Below, in pieces: positions 40,899-49,870 of a stretch of 64,000 nt of DNA; within the stretch, counting starts at the first letter, position 1, and the number at the start of each line of letters is the position of its first letter. The notes beneath the pieces were generated by a model. That model was not told the origin of the DNA and did not search any database. It was given only the letters and a program-made list of their open reading frames with translations. The stretch is from contig DATHOD010000174.1 in NCBI GenBank assembly GCA_035485295.1, positions 3,704 through 67,703 on the forward strand. Reading direction: 5' to 3'. Position numbers and translations under genes: made by a program. The DNA is from Bacteroidia bacterium. GTDB taxonomy: Bacteria > Bacteroidota > Bacteroidia > JABEUT01.

Positions 40899-41561
40899 TT
40901 AGCTGATGTAAGCTTTTTGGTAGGTGAGTATCTTTTTAGAAAGCCTATAGCATCCTGAAGCAAAGAAAGGCGCACACAATACATCAATAGTATAGTGAAC
41001 ATGTTGTATTAATACAAGGATACCAATAGCTATTGCTGCTAAAAGCATGTAAACTCTGTCAGGTTTTTTTGACGAGCATAAATAGAATAGGAAAAGAGTA
41101 GCTGTATGGCCGGAATAAAACAGATCCCTGGTAATTGTTCTTGAACAATACATCATATCGCATACTGGGTCTTTAAGGTCTATCAAACCTATTGGTGCAC
41201 GTAACTCTGTTATGCTTATGGTTATTATACGTGTAATTAGTATAAGCACAAAACCAATAAGGTAAGTAATGAACATATTGGGATTAGTCAGGGATCGAAA
41301 GAAGAATAAGAGCATTACACTCGACATAAGGAAAGTAATTGGTACAGATGCATCCATTGCGGGAAGTACATTTAGTATCCAGTCGTTTAATACAATGCCA
41401 CCCGATCGATTTTGGTTATAACCTAAGAAGAAATAGGTAAGTACTAGCATAATTACCAGTGCGACCGAACCCAAAATCAGGTTCTTAACAAATACTTTAT
41501 TATGTACAGCACTATACCAATTTCGTTTAATTGGTAATGTATTCGTGTCATTTAAACTCAT
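40899..41561 (-). CDS. PAP2_C / sphingomyelin-synthase-like lipid phosphotransferase family membrane protein
   Basis: Six predicted TM helices with D3-like FYSGHTATLF and D4-like HVHYTIDVLCAPFF motifs (SGHT and HYTxDV of the SMS/IPC-synthase family). Confidence 0.5.
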   Translation of the reverse strand: MSLNDTNTLPIKRNWYSAVHNKVFVKNLILGSVALVIMLVLTYFFLGYNQNRSGGIVLNDWILNVLPAMDASVPITFLMSSVMLLFFFRSLTNPNMFITYLIGFVLILITRIITISITELRAPIGLIDLKDPVCDMMYCSRTITRDLFYSGHTATLFLFYLCSSKKPDRVYMLLAAIAIGILVLIQHVHYTIDVLCAPFFASGCYRLSKKILTYQKAYIS

Positions 41562-41675
41562 TGTAGTTTTTTTAAATTTAAAGTACCTACAAAGGTCTAT
41601 TCTTCAAGTCATGTAGATATTATACTTGAATGGGGAAATATTATATAAGTCACACATTAAACCTGATAAGATATG

Positions 41676-41731
41676 TGTAAGCTTATTCTATATCTGTGTA
41701 ATGCTTTGCCGGACAAATGCCTCCACCTTTG
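41676..41731 (+). promoter_or_regulatory. bipartite module for the 41770 gene
   Basis: TGTAAGC 41676-41682, TGTAATG 41697-41703, N23, CTTTG 41727-41731, then CGTAATTATTTATTAATAA. Confidence 0.55.
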
Positions 41732-41769
41732 CATCGTAATTATTTATTAATAACTCAAACAACAACAAT

Positions 41770-41973
41770 ATGAAAACTAATGAAACCCTAAGCAAAAAGG
41801 AACAATCAGGCGATTCTTCCAAGAAACAATCCAATAGTTCATCTTCAGAGCAATCAACCAACACTCCTAAGAAACAATCAAGTGGAAATTCATCTGAGAA
41901 GTCTAATGACCCATCTAAGAAGCAGTCGAATAACAGCTCATCTGAAAAGGCGGGCCACTCTTCCAAAAAATAA
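41770..41973 (+). CDS. Ser/Lys-rich low-complexity hydrophilic protein (hydrophilin/LEA-like)
   Basis: 67 aa of imperfect SSKKQSN repeats. Chosen over the antisense ORF 41688..41966 because the module and a terminator flank it in the plus orientation. Confidence 0.45.
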   Translation: MKTNETLSKKEQSGDSSKKQSNSSSSEQSTNTPKKQSSGNSSEKSNDPSKKQSNNSSSEKAGHSSKK

Positions 41974-42040
41974 TCGGTAATATATTCTTCAGAGGATTAA
42001 ATACCGTTAATAGAGTTAAGTAAGCAAATAAGTTGCCCTG

Positions 42041-42080
42041 ATAATAGTATTGTGAGAGATACTATGTCAGGGCACTTTTA
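42041..42080 (+). terminator. long palindromic hairpin (terminator or operator)
   Basis: GCCCTGAtaaTAGTATtgtgagagATACTAtgTCAGGGC followed by ACTTTTAAAG. Confidence 0.4.
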
Positions 42081-42092
42081 AAGAAACAAAAT

Positions 42093-42524
42093 ATGAGCAA
42101 AGAAGTAGAATTAATTAAGAAGGAAGATAACGGAAAGAATACTTCTCCAGTCCTTCCAGCCCATTTAAAGAACTACCTGGTAGATATAGATGGCACAATA
42201 TGTGAGGATATACCTAATGAAGAACCTGAACGTATGATACTTGCAGCAGTATTTCCCGGCGCAGTAGACACCCTGAATAAATGGTATGATGAAGGGCATA
42301 TTATTACTTTTTTCACTTCACGTACCGAGCAACACCGTTTGGTAACCGAAGAATGGCTTAAAAAAAATGGATTTAAATATCATTCCCTTTTAGTAGGTAA
42401 ACCACGTGGTGGTAACTATACATGGATAGATAATGCACCTGTACAGATAATGAATATGAAAGAAGATTTCTGGAAATTCAATTTTAGTAAGAACAATGTC
42501 ATTGGTTATAAACTGCCGGCGTAA
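42093..42524 (+). CDS. small HAD-like phosphatase
   Basis: Motif I LVDIDGTICED (DxDGT), motif II FFTSRT, about 140 aa. Confidence 0.5.
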   Translation: MSKEVELIKKEDNGKNTSPVLPAHLKNYLVDIDGTICEDIPNEEPERMILAAVFPGAVDTLNKWYDEGHIITFFTSRTEQHRLVTEEWLKKNGFKYHSLLVGKPRGGNYTWIDNAPVQIMNMKEDFWKFNFSKNNVIGYKLPA

Positions 42525-42560
42525 TGAACTATAAACGACAATACTTAATATTTAATCATA

Positions 42561-43184
42561 ATGAAACATCTTTTCCCTCTTTTGCTATTCCTGGTTTTCA
42601 TCAGTTCAGGAGTCGTAGGTCAAGATTTGAGAAACCCTAATACAAAATTCCTAACCAAAAGAGGATATACATTCCCCGACTCCACTAAGAAATATGCTAT
42701 GTCGGGCAAAATAAGCCAGTGGCCTGATACTATGTACTATAATACTATGTATAGGGCTAAACTCATGGGTTCCCTAACTATTCCAATTACATTCAGTAGT
42801 ATTGAAATTAGTAATGGCAATGCTGTAGTAAGTCCAAATGTAAGTTTAGGACTTGGTTACACCTGGTTCTATGGTGACTTTGTATTTAATGAAGATGATA
42901 AGATGACTGTCTATCCAACTTTTTTCTTTGGAGTAATAGGTGATGCAGGTATAGAAAATAATTTCAGTCTAAACAAATTAGCTGGTTTTTTTGCCGGCGG
43001 ATTTGTGGGTATTGGAGCATTTACTTTATTCGGGGGCTATGATATTATTAATAAATATGCTTTAATTGGCTTAGGTGGCAGAGTAGACTTCTTTACCATT
43101 TCACAAAAGTTCCTTCATGTATTTGGCAAGGTTGAAGAGGTTAGAAAGCACAAATCGATTGCGTTACCTATTACCGGCGAATAG
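42561..43184 (+). CDS. secreted hypothetical protein
   Basis: Signal peptide MKHLFPLLLFLVFISSGVVGQ; alternating hydrophobic beta-strand-like segments. Confidence 0.4.
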   Translation: MKHLFPLLLFLVFISSGVVGQDLRNPNTKFLTKRGYTFPDSTKKYAMSGKISQWPDTMYYNTMYRAKLMGSLTIPITFSSIEISNGNAVVSPNVSLGLGYTWFYGDFVFNEDDKMTVYPTFFFGVIGDAGIENNFSLNKLAGFFAGGFVGIGAFTLFGGYDIINKYALIGLGGRVDFFTISQKFLHVFGKVEEVRKHKSIALPITGE

Positions 43185-43241
43185 GGCGTACTGAATATAA
43201 ATAAGATCGTCCGATTTAGAAACAATATTAAAACACATATT

Positions 43242-43487
43242 ATGTTACAAGTACACCCAGTAAGAACAGAAAAAGAACTGAATGAGGATATTTTAAGAAT
43301 AACACTATTGATACAGGATAAATATCCTGAGCTTTCAAAGTTTATAGGTGAAATGCCTGTTACTGTTCCCAATGCTAATGATACAGAATCAACTATTAAG
43401 AATCTGGAGAGTTACTATCATTCATTAAACTCATTATTATCGAACTATAACACTAGTCACGCAGAAGGGCTAAAGCTTAACGTGTGA
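43242..43487 (+). CDS. hypothetical 81-aa protein
   Basis: ORF only. Confidence 0.3.
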   Translation: MLQVHPVRTEKELNEDILRITLLIQDKYPELSKFIGEMPVTVPNANDTESTIKNLESYYHSLNSLLSNYNTSHAEGLKLNV

Positions 43488-43491
43488 TTAA

Positions 43492-43547
43492 TGTAAGGTT
43501 TTTCAATAAAAGTGTAATATCTAGAACAAGTTGAATATTCACCTTTG
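43492..43547 (+). promoter_or_regulatory. bipartite module for the 43574 gene
   Basis: TGTAAGG 43492-43498, TGTAATA 43513-43519 (21 bp apart), N23, CTTTG 43543-43547. Confidence 0.55.
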
Positions 43548-43573
43548 CTGACTAATAATCAAAAACAAAAAAC

Positions 43574-43825
43574 ATGAAACTCAAAACATTAGCTATTGCA
43601 GGAATTGCAATTGCTGCCTTAACCTTAAGTGTTACAGTTACTGCCAATGCACAGGAAAACAACAAGACGACCACAACTAAAAATTCATCTGAAACGAATG
43701 GCGACAAAACAGTAAAGAAGTCGAGCAAGAAAACGGTTACAAAGAAACAAAGTAAGGATGGCGATAAGAAGTCAACCGACACCAAGACCAGCACAGACAC
43801 TAAAGTTGAAACAAACAAGAAATAG
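43574..43825 (+). CDS. secreted Lys/Thr-rich low-complexity small protein
   Basis: Signal peptide MKLKTLAIAGIAIAALTLSVTVTANAQ, then a KKS/TDTK-rich tail. Preferred over the antisense ORF 43552..43818. Confidence 0.45.
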   Translation: MKLKTLAIAGIAIAALTLSVTVTANAQENNKTTTTKNSSETNGDKTVKKSSKKTVTKKQSKDGDKKSTDTKTSTDTKVETNKK

Positions 43826-43852
43826 TTTTCTCGGTTAGTTTAAACTATGAAG

Positions 43853-43878
43853 GGCCTCGCAATTTGCGGGGCTTTTTC
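43853..43878 (+). terminator. intrinsic terminator
   Basis: CCTCGC, loop AATTT, GCGGGG, then CTTTTT. Confidence 0.55.
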
Positions 43879-43917
43879 ATTTTCTATTACACCATCAGTG
43901 AGAAATTTGCAGATATG

Positions 43918-43973
43918 TGTAAACCTTTCCATTCAAACTGTAACAGCCACAGGGCTCAATCCACTGACTTTTG
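43918..43973 (+). promoter_or_regulatory. bipartite module for the 44011 gene
   Basis: TGTAAAC 43918-43924, TGTAACA 43939-43945, N22, CTTTTG 43968-43973, then CGTAATATTTATTAATAA. Confidence 0.55.
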
Positions 43974-44010
43974 CCGCGTAATATTTATTAATAATCTAAA
44001 ACAAAATATC

Positions 44011-46263
44011 ATGAAAATGAATTTCTTAAACTCAACAAAAGCGGGCATTTTGCTGTTGGCGGCTACGCTTGGCAGTAACTTTGCATCTGGAACAGTATTT
44101 ACGGCAGCTGCTTCAGGAGGTACCTGGAGTGTAGGCACAACATGGGTTGGTGGGATAGCGCCTCCTTTTAAATTAGGAACACTTGACCAGGTATCTATAG
44201 GTGGTGGGATAACTGTTACTATGGACAGCACTGTTGAACTTACTGCTGCTGCTGCACTTGTAACAGTAGATGGAACGCTTAATTCGGCTAATAATTCGTT
44301 TATTATGCTGCTGGGTATGCTTTCAGGTACAGGTGCAATGACAATGCAAAATGTTACAATGGAAACCGGAAGTGTTCTAAACTTTACCGGCGCACTAAAT
44401 ACTGATACACTTATTAACTACGAAGCAACACTTAGTACTTCTGCGCAAATGATGGTAAGTAAAGTTCTTACTTATTCAGGAGCTATGACTATTATTACCG
44501 GTGGAAGCCTAACTATGGGTGCCGGTTCTGTAATTAATGTAGTAGGTGGCTCGCTTACTGTTACAGGTGGCACACTAGGGCTTACTTCAAAGTATAATGT
44601 GAATTATATATCTCCGTCCATTACTTCAGGATTGGAAATTAGTGGTACAGGGCTTAGCACAATAACTGTAAATGTATTAGCTGCAAATAGCGTAACACTT
44701 GCTTCAAGTATCATATTAAGTGATTCACTTAATATGGTTAGTGGCGCGTTAATTCTAAACGGACATAAAGTTGTTGTAAATGGCGCTATAACAGGTGCAG
44801 GTACAATAAGCGGAGACTCAAAAGCGAACCTTGCAATTAATACAGCAAGCGGTTTAATTTCAACTATTTCTTTTACCAGCGGTTCACGTGTGCTGAATAG
44901 TCTTACTGAAAATGTGGGTCCGGGTAAGTTGGTTAATCTTCTATCTGATCTTGTATTAGATAGCACCTTAACCCTTTCCGGTGCAAGTAATTTAAACATG
45001 AATGGAGTTATGCTAACATTAAATGGCGGCTTTAATGGCAATGGTTTAATATTTGTGAATACTAAATCGGCCATAGTTATTAATGGTGCGGCCTCTATAT
45101 TACCTGATATATCTATAGATGGTAATCTTGGTAGTTTCGTATTGAATGTAGGTACAGGAAACACTGTAACTTTAGGTTATGATTTAACTGCGGATACTAT
45201 TAGTCTGCAAACTGGAACGTTGGTGCTTAATTTCCACAATCTTTCTGTTAATGGCGATATTAGTGCGCTTGGAACCGGTGTAGTATTCGCTACTGCTGGT
45301 TCTAATATTTCTGTAGCAGCATCTTCGTCTACATCTGATTCCTTAACTTTTACTTACCCTGGAAATACGGTTGGTAATTTTACCGTAAATATTGGTGCAG
45401 CTGGCTCGGTAATGATTGGTTCTGATCTTATAATTCATGGAGAATTGAATTTAATAAATGGCCATATCAATACAGGAACCAATAATTTGCAAATAGCAAC
45501 ATCTGGCTCTATAGTAGGCGCAAATAGCAACTCATATGTAATCACAGCTCCTGGTGGCTACTTAACAATGAATGCTGCAGTATCTGTTATAGATACCTTT
45601 CCAATAGGTACTGTATCCAGTTACTCCCCTGCAAGTATTATGCTAAATACAGGCTCTTCAGTCGGTACTGTTGGTGTAAATGCTTCAACAGGTGTTTATT
45701 CATTGGGCACATCGGGTACATTATTATCTGCTACCCAGCCAATGGTAAATACAACATGGTTATTTGAAACCAGTATTGCATCGGGTCTTAATGCGAATAT
45801 GCAGTTGACATGGTCACCGGCTACCGAGGTAAATGGTTTTATACATACTGGCGATTACATCTCTCATTATATATCAGGTGCATGGGATAAGTCATCAGAT
45901 TCTTTAAATGCAACTAATGTTACAGGTGGAATGTTCAGCATAGAAAGACTGGCTGTTACTTCCATGAGCCCCTTTGCTGTATTTAACAGGAACGCAATTA
46001 CAGGTATAGATGAAGTAGTTGTTGGGAAAGCATTTAATGTATATCCCAACCCGGTATCAGGAAATCTTTATATACAGAACAATGCTGGTACCACTGGTGT
46101 TACTCATGCTGATGTATTAAACATTCTTGGTCAAGTTGTTGGTACGTATACTCTTACAAATACTATGACAATAGTTCCTATGGAAGGATTAACTACAGGA
46201 GATTATTTTATCAGGCTTTACAATGATAAAATGACTGTTGTAGAGAAAGTCGTTAAGCTTTAA
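44011..46263 (+). CDS. large secreted G/T/S-rich beta-helix-like repeat protein with T9SS C-terminal sorting domain
   Basis: Signal peptide MKMNFLNSTKAGILLLAATLG. Repetitive G/S/T/N-rich body. C-terminal CTD …VYPNPVSGNLYIQNN…DYFIRLYNDKMTVVEKVVKL. Start moved from 43864 to 44011. Confidence 0.65.
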   Translation: MKMNFLNSTKAGILLLAATLGSNFASGTVFTAAASGGTWSVGTTWVGGIAPPFKLGTLDQVSIGGGITVTMDSTVELTAAAALVTVDGTLNSANNSFIMLLGMLSGTGAMTMQNVTMETGSVLNFTGALNTDTLINYEATLSTSAQMMVSKVLTYSGAMTIITGGSLTMGAGSVINVVGGSLTVTGGTLGLTSKYNVNYISPSITSGLEISGTGLSTITVNVLAANSVTLASSIILSDSLNMVSGALILNGHKVVVNGAITGAGTISGDSKANLAINTASGLISTISFTSGSRVLNSLTENVGPGKLVNLLSDLVLDSTLTLSGASNLNMNGVMLTLNGGFNGNGLIFVNTKSAIVINGAASILPDISIDGNLGSFVLNVGTGNTVTLGYDLTADTISLQTGTLVLNFHNLSVNGDISALGTGVVFATAGSNISVAASSSTSDSLTFTYPGNTVGNFTVNIGAAGSVMIGSDLIIHGELNLINGHINTGTNNLQIATSGSIVGANSNSYVITAPGGYLTMNAAVSVIDTFPIGTVSSYSPASIMLNTGSSVGTVGVNASTGVYSLGTSGTLLSATQPMVNTTWLFETSIASGLNANMQLTWSPATEVNGFIHTGDYISHYISGAWDKSSDSLNATNVTGGMFSIERLAVTSMSPFAVFNRNAITGIDEVVVGKAFNVYPNPVSGNLYIQNNAGTTGVTHADVLNILGQVVGTYTLTNTMTIVPMEGLTTGDYFIRLYNDKMTVVEKVVKL

Positions 46264-46357
46264 GTAATAAAGTAGTAATCAACTTTTATGACAGGGCTGA
46301 TATAGAAATATATCGGCCCTGCTTCTTTTAAGTGAACTGGCTATTTATGAGAAGGAT

Positions 46358-46412
46358 GTAACATATTCCAATTGTTGTATAACATCCAAAGGACAGGGCA
46401 CATCTAATTTTG
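46358..46412 (+). promoter_or_regulatory. bipartite module (variant) for the 46452 OmpA-family gene
   Basis: TGTAACA 46358-46364, TGTATAACA 46376-46384, N23, TTTTG 46408-46412. Confidence 0.45.
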
Positions 46413-46451
46413 TCAAATAAATAAACAACAATTAATAACTCAATCAATAAA

Positions 46452-48482
46452 ATGAAAACACTAAAATTTTACCTATCCATAAATAAGTGGAAGAGAAGCA
46501 ATCATTTGTCTGCCCGAATACCACGGTTATTTGGGAAAGGCCTTTTATTGCTTGTAGCATTTCTTACAATGCAATCAGCAGTAAAGGCCCAAGATAGGGT
46601 AAGACCAATCTGGTGGTTTGGAGTATCAGGTGGAGCAAACTTTAATTTCTATCGTGGTTCAGCTCAAATTCTAAATGATAACACAACTACACCCAGTTCA
46701 TTCGAGAATGGCTTTGGAGTAGCTCCTTATTTTTCTGTATTCGCTGAATATAGAAAGAGTAAAGTATGGGGTTTAATGTTTAATGTAGCGTATGATGGTC
46801 ATAGGGGTTCATTTACTGAAACTAATGCTCCTGATGGTGCAGCAGCAACCTCATTGAATGCAGAGTTTGACTATATAGCATTTGAACCAAGTTTAAGAAT
46901 CGCTCCATTTGCGGGTAATCTTTACTTCTTTATAGGCCCAAGATTTGCTTATAATGTTGAAAATGACTTTAATTATCAACCTGCATCGGGCCCTAATAAC
47001 GAAGCAAAATGGAGCGATGTATATGGTGTAAGGTTTTCAGCACAAGTAGGTGTAGGATATGAGATTCCGCTTTCAGCACCGGCTAGTACTACCCAAGTAA
47101 ACTTATCGCCTTTTGTTGCTTTTCTGCCTTATTTTGGCGATCAACCAAGGAGCATAGAGGATTTAACTTTAACTACAGTGCGTGCCGGCATAGCTATAAA
47201 AATTGGTTGTGGCCCAAAGCAAGCGGCAACAGCAATAGTAACTCCTCCTCCGGCAGCTCCGTTCATTCCTGAAGTGCAATTTTCGGTTGCAGCTCCAAGT
47301 TCAGTGCCCGACCAGCAGATTGTAAAGGAAACACTTCCACTTTGTAACTATGTATTCTTTAATGCGGGCAGTACAGAAATCCCAGGCAGATATATTGTAC
47401 TTACAAAATCTCAAGCCACTGGCTTTGCAGAATCGCAATTACAAGATTGCCAAAAGAACCCAGGCACCCGTTCATCAAGGCAAATGACAATGTATTACAA
47501 TGTAATGAACATTGTAGCCTACAGAATGGAAAAGCACCCTGATGCTACTATCACATTGATAGGCGCTTCAGCCGGCAAAGGAGAAGAAACCGGAAAAGCT
47601 AACGCTACTGCAGTTAAGAACTACTTGGTAGATGTATTTGGCATAAATGCTTCAAGAATTAAAATCGAAGCAAGAAACAGGCCATTAATCCCATCTGAAT
47701 TAGCTAATAGCACTATTGATACCAATCTTACTAATGTGGAAGATAACAGGGTTGATATAGTAAGTTCATCTCCTTTCCTTATGATGGAAGTAAAGGATAA
47801 TTCAGCTTTATGTTTAAACCCAATTGAAGTTACTGCAATAGACGGCAGTTCTGCAAATGACGCCCCAGTAACTTTAAATGCTGTTGGAGCAAGTGGATCT
47901 TATAAATCATGGTCGGTAGATATTACCGATGGAATGGGAAACACAACTCATTATGGACCATTTACAGGTGATGTTACAACCCTTTCAGGTTCTACAATCT
48001 TAAATGGCAACAAAAGTGGCACATATAAAATTGTAATGACCGGAACAACTAATTCAGGAGAGACTATAATAAAACAGACCACATTTACTTTAGTGCGTAA
48101 AAGCGCACCTAGCCAACCTGAGCAAATGACGAGTATTTTGTTTGAATTCGACAAATCTAAAACAGTTGCAACCTTCGATGACTTTCTTACGAAAGTAGTG
48201 GCACCTCATATTGTGTCGAACTCAACAGTTATAATAAGCGGGCATACTGATAATGTAGGTACTGCTGAACACAACTTAAGCTTATCGCAAGAACGTGCAC
48301 AACAAGCGCAATTGATACTAGAGGGTGCCATAGCTAAATCTAATATTACCGGTGTTACTTATAAAACAAACGGATATGGTGAAGCAGGTGCAGCATTCTC
48401 AAACAACTTACCTGAAGAAAGGTTTTATAACAGGACAGTAGTTATTGATGTAGTATCATCCGGAACAGTAGTAAATAAATAA
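46452..48482 (+). CDS. OmpA-family outer membrane protein (N-terminal beta-barrel plus C-terminal OmpA peptidoglycan-binding domain)
   Basis: C-terminus …ISGHTDNVGTAEHNLSLSQERAQQA…NRTVVIDVV. N-terminal aromatic-rich beta-strands after the signal peptide. Confidence 0.75.
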   Translation: MKTLKFYLSINKWKRSNHLSARIPRLFGKGLLLLVAFLTMQSAVKAQDRVRPIWWFGVSGGANFNFYRGSAQILNDNTTTPSSFENGFGVAPYFSVFAEYRKSKVWGLMFNVAYDGHRGSFTETNAPDGAAATSLNAEFDYIAFEPSLRIAPFAGNLYFFIGPRFAYNVENDFNYQPASGPNNEAKWSDVYGVRFSAQVGVGYEIPLSAPASTTQVNLSPFVAFLPYFGDQPRSIEDLTLTTVRAGIAIKIGCGPKQAATAIVTPPPAAPFIPEVQFSVAAPSSVPDQQIVKETLPLCNYVFFNAGSTEIPGRYIVLTKSQATGFAESQLQDCQKNPGTRSSRQMTMYYNVMNIVAYRMEKHPDATITLIGASAGKGEETGKANATAVKNYLVDVFGINASRIKIEARNRPLIPSELANSTIDTNLTNVEDNRVDIVSSSPFLMMEVKDNSALCLNPIEVTAIDGSSANDAPVTLNAVGASGSYKSWSVDITDGMGNTTHYGPFTGDVTTLSGSTILNGNKSGTYKIVMTGTTNSGETIIKQTTFTLVRKSAPSQPEQMTSILFEFDKSKTVATFDDFLTKVVAPHIVSNSTVIISGHTDNVGTAEHNLSLSQERAQQAQLILEGAIAKSNITGVTYKTNGYGEAGAAFSNNLPEERFYNRTVVIDVVSSGTVVNK

Positions 48483-48530
48483 TTCCAACCGTAAACAAGA
48501 ATAGTTCTTAAACAATTAAAATTAAACAAC

Positions 48531-48716
48531 ATGAACACAACACAACTGAAAGGAAACTGGAACGAACAGAAAGGCAAACTGAAACAAAAATTTGCAATTC
48601 TAACTGATAATGACCTTCTATTTGAGGAAGGAAAGCAAAATGAAATGTTCGGTAAACTTCAAATTAAATTGGGCAAGACCAAAGAAGAGTTACAAGAGAT
48701 AATTGCCAGTCTTTAA
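48531..48716 (+). CDS. CsbD-family general stress protein
   Basis: MNTTQLKGNWNEQKGKLKQKFAILTDNDLLFEEGKQNEMFGKLQIKLGKTKEELQEII; the canonical CsbD pattern. Confidence 0.7.
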   Translation: MNTTQLKGNWNEQKGKLKQKFAILTDNDLLFEEGKQNEMFGKLQIKLGKTKEELQEIIASL

Positions 48717-48755
48717 ACACTGAACAATTCCACAGGAATTTAAGAAGCAAGCATT

Positions 48756-48801
48756 GGCGGAGATAAGACTTCTGGTATGAGAAGCCCTCCGCCGGTGGCG
48801 G
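48756..48801 (+). other. leader with mutually exclusive hairpins upstream of the ferritin gene
   Basis: GGCGGAG (48756-62) pairs with CTCCGCC (48787-93), with an inner CTTCT/AGAAG stem. Alternatively CCGCC-GGT-GGCGG (48789-48801). Confidence 0.3.
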
Positions 48802-48831
48802 CTTCAGAATAATAAGGCATAAATAAACAAC

Positions 48832-49383
48832 ATGAATACAAACAGACTTTCAAAAACCCTTGCTGCTGAACTTAATATTCAGATGACCAAAGAAGCACAT
48901 GCTTCTCAGATTTATTTAGGCTATGCCGCATGGGCCGACAGCCAGGGATACGGTGGGTTATCGAATTTCCTTTTAAGACATGCACAGGAAGAACGCAACC
49001 ATATGATGAAGGTATTGGAATACATATTAAAAAGAGGTGCCGAAGTTCATATAGAAGCAATTCCAGCTCCTCCGGAAAATCCAATAAGTATGATGAATTG
49101 CTTTGAGAAGATATTTGAACATGAAGTAGAAAACACAAAAGCAGTATACAAACTTGTTAAAATGAGTTTTGTAGAAGAGGACTGGGCTACCTGGAATTTT
49201 ATGCAGTGGTTTGTAAAAGAGCAAATAGAGGAAGAAACACTTGCTTTGAGGTTACTGGATAAATTGAAAATAACCGGTGAAGAAAAGATAAGCAGTAATG
49301 CTTTGTATTCATTTGACCGCGACCTTGAGAAAACACCAGATGAAGTAAGATCAGCGACTGAAGTCACAGCAGAGAATCCTTAG
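48832..49383 (+). CDS. ftnA: bacterial non-heme ferritin
   Basis: FLLRHAQEERNHMMKVLEYILKRG and TWNFMQWFVKEQIEEETLALRLLDKL align with the FtnA ferroxidase and C-terminal regions. Confidence 0.85.
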   Translation: MNTNRLSKTLAAELNIQMTKEAHASQIYLGYAAWADSQGYGGLSNFLLRHAQEERNHMMKVLEYILKRGAEVHIEAIPAPPENPISMMNCFEKIFEHEVENTKAVYKLVKMSFVEEDWATWNFMQWFVKEQIEEETLALRLLDKLKITGEEKISSNALYSFDRDLEKTPDEVRSATEVTAENP

Positions 49384-49386
49384 GTA

Positions 49387-49779
49387 ATGAAAACCATATT
49401 GCTAATTGATGATACCATAAGTATCCTTGAAAATTTAGCCGAATATCTGGAAATGAAAGGTTATAAGGTAATTGTGGCAAATAATGGTAAAAAGGGAATT
49501 GAAATGGCAAATGAGTTTGTGCCTGATTTAATAATTTGTGATGTTGTAATGGCTGAAATGGATGGTCATGAAGTTTTAAGGTTGCTTTTGGACGCATCTA
49601 AGACCTTCGAGATACCCTTTATTTTTAGCACATCAATGTCGGAGAAAGTTGATAGGACTGAGGCCATGGCACTTGGGGCAGATGAATATATAATAAAGCC
49701 TTTTGAACTACAGGCCCTTTTAGAAATAACAGAGAAATGTATAAAGTCTGGTAGTAAAAGGCATAAAGAAGTACTTTAA
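49387..49779 (+). CDS. single-domain response regulator (CheY-like)
   Basis: ILLIDDTISI…DLIICDVVMAEMDG…FIFSTS: all receiver hallmarks present. Confidence 0.85.
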   Translation: MKTILLIDDTISILENLAEYLEMKGYKVIVANNGKKGIEMANEFVPDLIICDVVMAEMDGHEVLRLLLDASKTFEIPFIFSTSMSEKVDRTEAMALGADEYIIKPFELQALLEITEKCIKSGSKRHKEVL

Positions 49780-49870
49780 TTATAAAAATAGAATATATGT
49801 GGTTTTGGACATGGTGGGGTATGTTAAGCGTTGCATTGGTTATTGTAGTAATAGGTAAGGCATTGCATAT

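Noticed and set aside
41688-41966. 92-aa minus-strand ORF overlapping the Ser/Lys-rich gene
   Set aside because: It is the antisense reading of a low-complexity repeat (E/D/L/F-rich). The plus-strand ORF has the promoter module, a signal-free hydrophilic composition and a downstream terminator in the plus orientation.
43552-43818. 88-aa minus-strand ORF overlapping the Lys/Thr-rich secreted protein
   Set aside because: Antisense of a low-complexity gene. The plus-strand ORF has a signal peptide, the module upstream and a terminator downstream.
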